Assembly: GCA_051530055.1 (NCBI GenBank)
Contig: CM121341.1
Span: forward strand, 15,354,784 to 15,418,783
From: Neoechinorhynchus agilis
Taxonomy: Eukaryota > Animalia > Acanthocephala
Length of the DNA stretch: 64,000 nt
Reading direction: 5' to 3'
The notes beneath the pieces were generated by a model. That model was not told the DNA's origin. It ran no database searches and saw nothing but the letters and a program-made list of their open reading frames with translations. The position numbers and the translations under genes are program-made. Below, piece after piece: positions 62,880-64,000 of the stretch (the first letter of the stretch is position 1; each line of letters opens with the position of its first letter).

Positions 62880-63568
62880 TTACTCCATCAAGTTTTTATA
62901 TTTTTTCCGTACAGTTATCCCGGGATGATTAAGTAGATCTACATCGTCTTTATTTGATCGATTTGGAATCGGACTGTCATGATGAATGTAAGTTCTTTTA
63001 GTCGGTGAAGGAGTGTGAAACTCTCTTTCGATATCTTCTTTTGTGACTCGTCCTAGGAACACATGAGCAATAATACCAGCCTCCTTCCCAGGTCTTTCAA
63101 TGTCAATCGTTGTTTGAGCTGCTGCCTTTTCAGCTTCCCTCTCAGATGAAAATTGGACGTATGTCAATTCTTGACCAGTTCGTACCTAAAAAAAGTCTAA
63201 GTTTTTTGTTAACAAAAAAATCCACAAACATAGACTATTTCGATTTGACCGAATTCTCCTAAAGATTCCTGAACCGCACGAGTGTCGGACGTATCTACGC
63301 CAATTACAGTGACCCACTTCGAGTCGCAATCAATGCTATCGATTCTATCCTCCGATGGATGAGCAATAAGATTGTCCAAAATCTCTCGAGCGTCGCTCCA
63401 ATCGTAATCATCCTCTTCTTTGGCTGAAGACGCTGAAGATGTGTGATCTTCATTGCTTCCACTTTCTACCCTAAGACGCCAATTTTTTCATGCTCAGTTG
63501 GAAAAAGAAACAAACTTTTCGATCTCCAATTCGTCATCGACGGCGTTTGACATTACTTTCTGAAAGTC
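62880..63568 (-). CDS. Nup35/Nup53-type RRM protein, 3 or more exons
   Basis: Spliced product has WVTVIG...FGQI...TYVQFSS..EAEKA, resembling the Nup53 RRM; two GT-AG introns. The 5' end is uncertain. Confidence 0.55.
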
Positions 63569-64000
63569 CTAAAAGAAACTTTTTAAATCAATTCCTAATC
63601 AATAGAAAACGCTACATAAAAACACTACTGATGCCCGAATAGCAAAACTCAATTTCTTTGTACATCACGATTTAGTCGTAAAGAGCAGTTAACGTTCAGT
63701 ATTGTACAAATCGCCAACCAATAATGCAAACGTCGACAATCACATATAGCCAAATGCCATTTTGTTATTCGGCAACACGAATCATCTATTGCCAAAAAAG
63801 GAAAACCGACCCAACTATGCGAAGAATAACAATCACCCTGACGACTAAAAAAGCGATAATAACAAGAGGCTCTGGTCAGTATTAAACGATTCCGTGGTTC
63901 ACCAAGTTCTTTCGTTTAAAACCCTATTCTCTACCGCCCAGAACACATAACGACTAAATAGAAATAACCCGCCCGCGGCTCCAGGATCATATTTTAACCG

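Overview
This is a eukaryotic, AT-rich window with mostly short introns. The gene set is animal-like, but the organism cannot be named from sequence alone. Five recognisable genes are present: adenylosuccinate synthetase (ADSS), an FHA-kinase (CHEK2-like), dynactin p62 (DCTN4), a CDKAL1-type tRNA methylthiotransferase and a Nup35/53-type RRM gene. There is also a decayed patatin/iPLA2-gamma gene, several uncharacterised coiled-coil ORFs and two tRNA-Thr(UGU) genes. These sit among dense retroelement debris (Ty3/gypsy, APE-type LINEs, CRE-like RLE elements, Penelope-like elements with hammerhead motifs) and a 5.7 kb satellite with a 160 bp unit. The main result is that about 17 introns reconstruct cleanly as GT-AG, but four junctions in three otherwise intact housekeeping genes (ADSS x1, CHEK2 x1, CDKAL1 x2) do not. 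At each, no GT-AG splice restores the conserved protein without damage. Three fit the pattern exon-TAR | A...TAR | exon (a TAG/TAA direct repeat), and the fourth fits if one A-run is 1 nt longer. All four have complementary ends, and two share GAAYATTC at identical offsets. This suggests a transposon-derived non-canonical intron class or DNA-level excised elements. All exon structures were reconstructed by hand against remembered family sequences and need RNA-seq confirmation.
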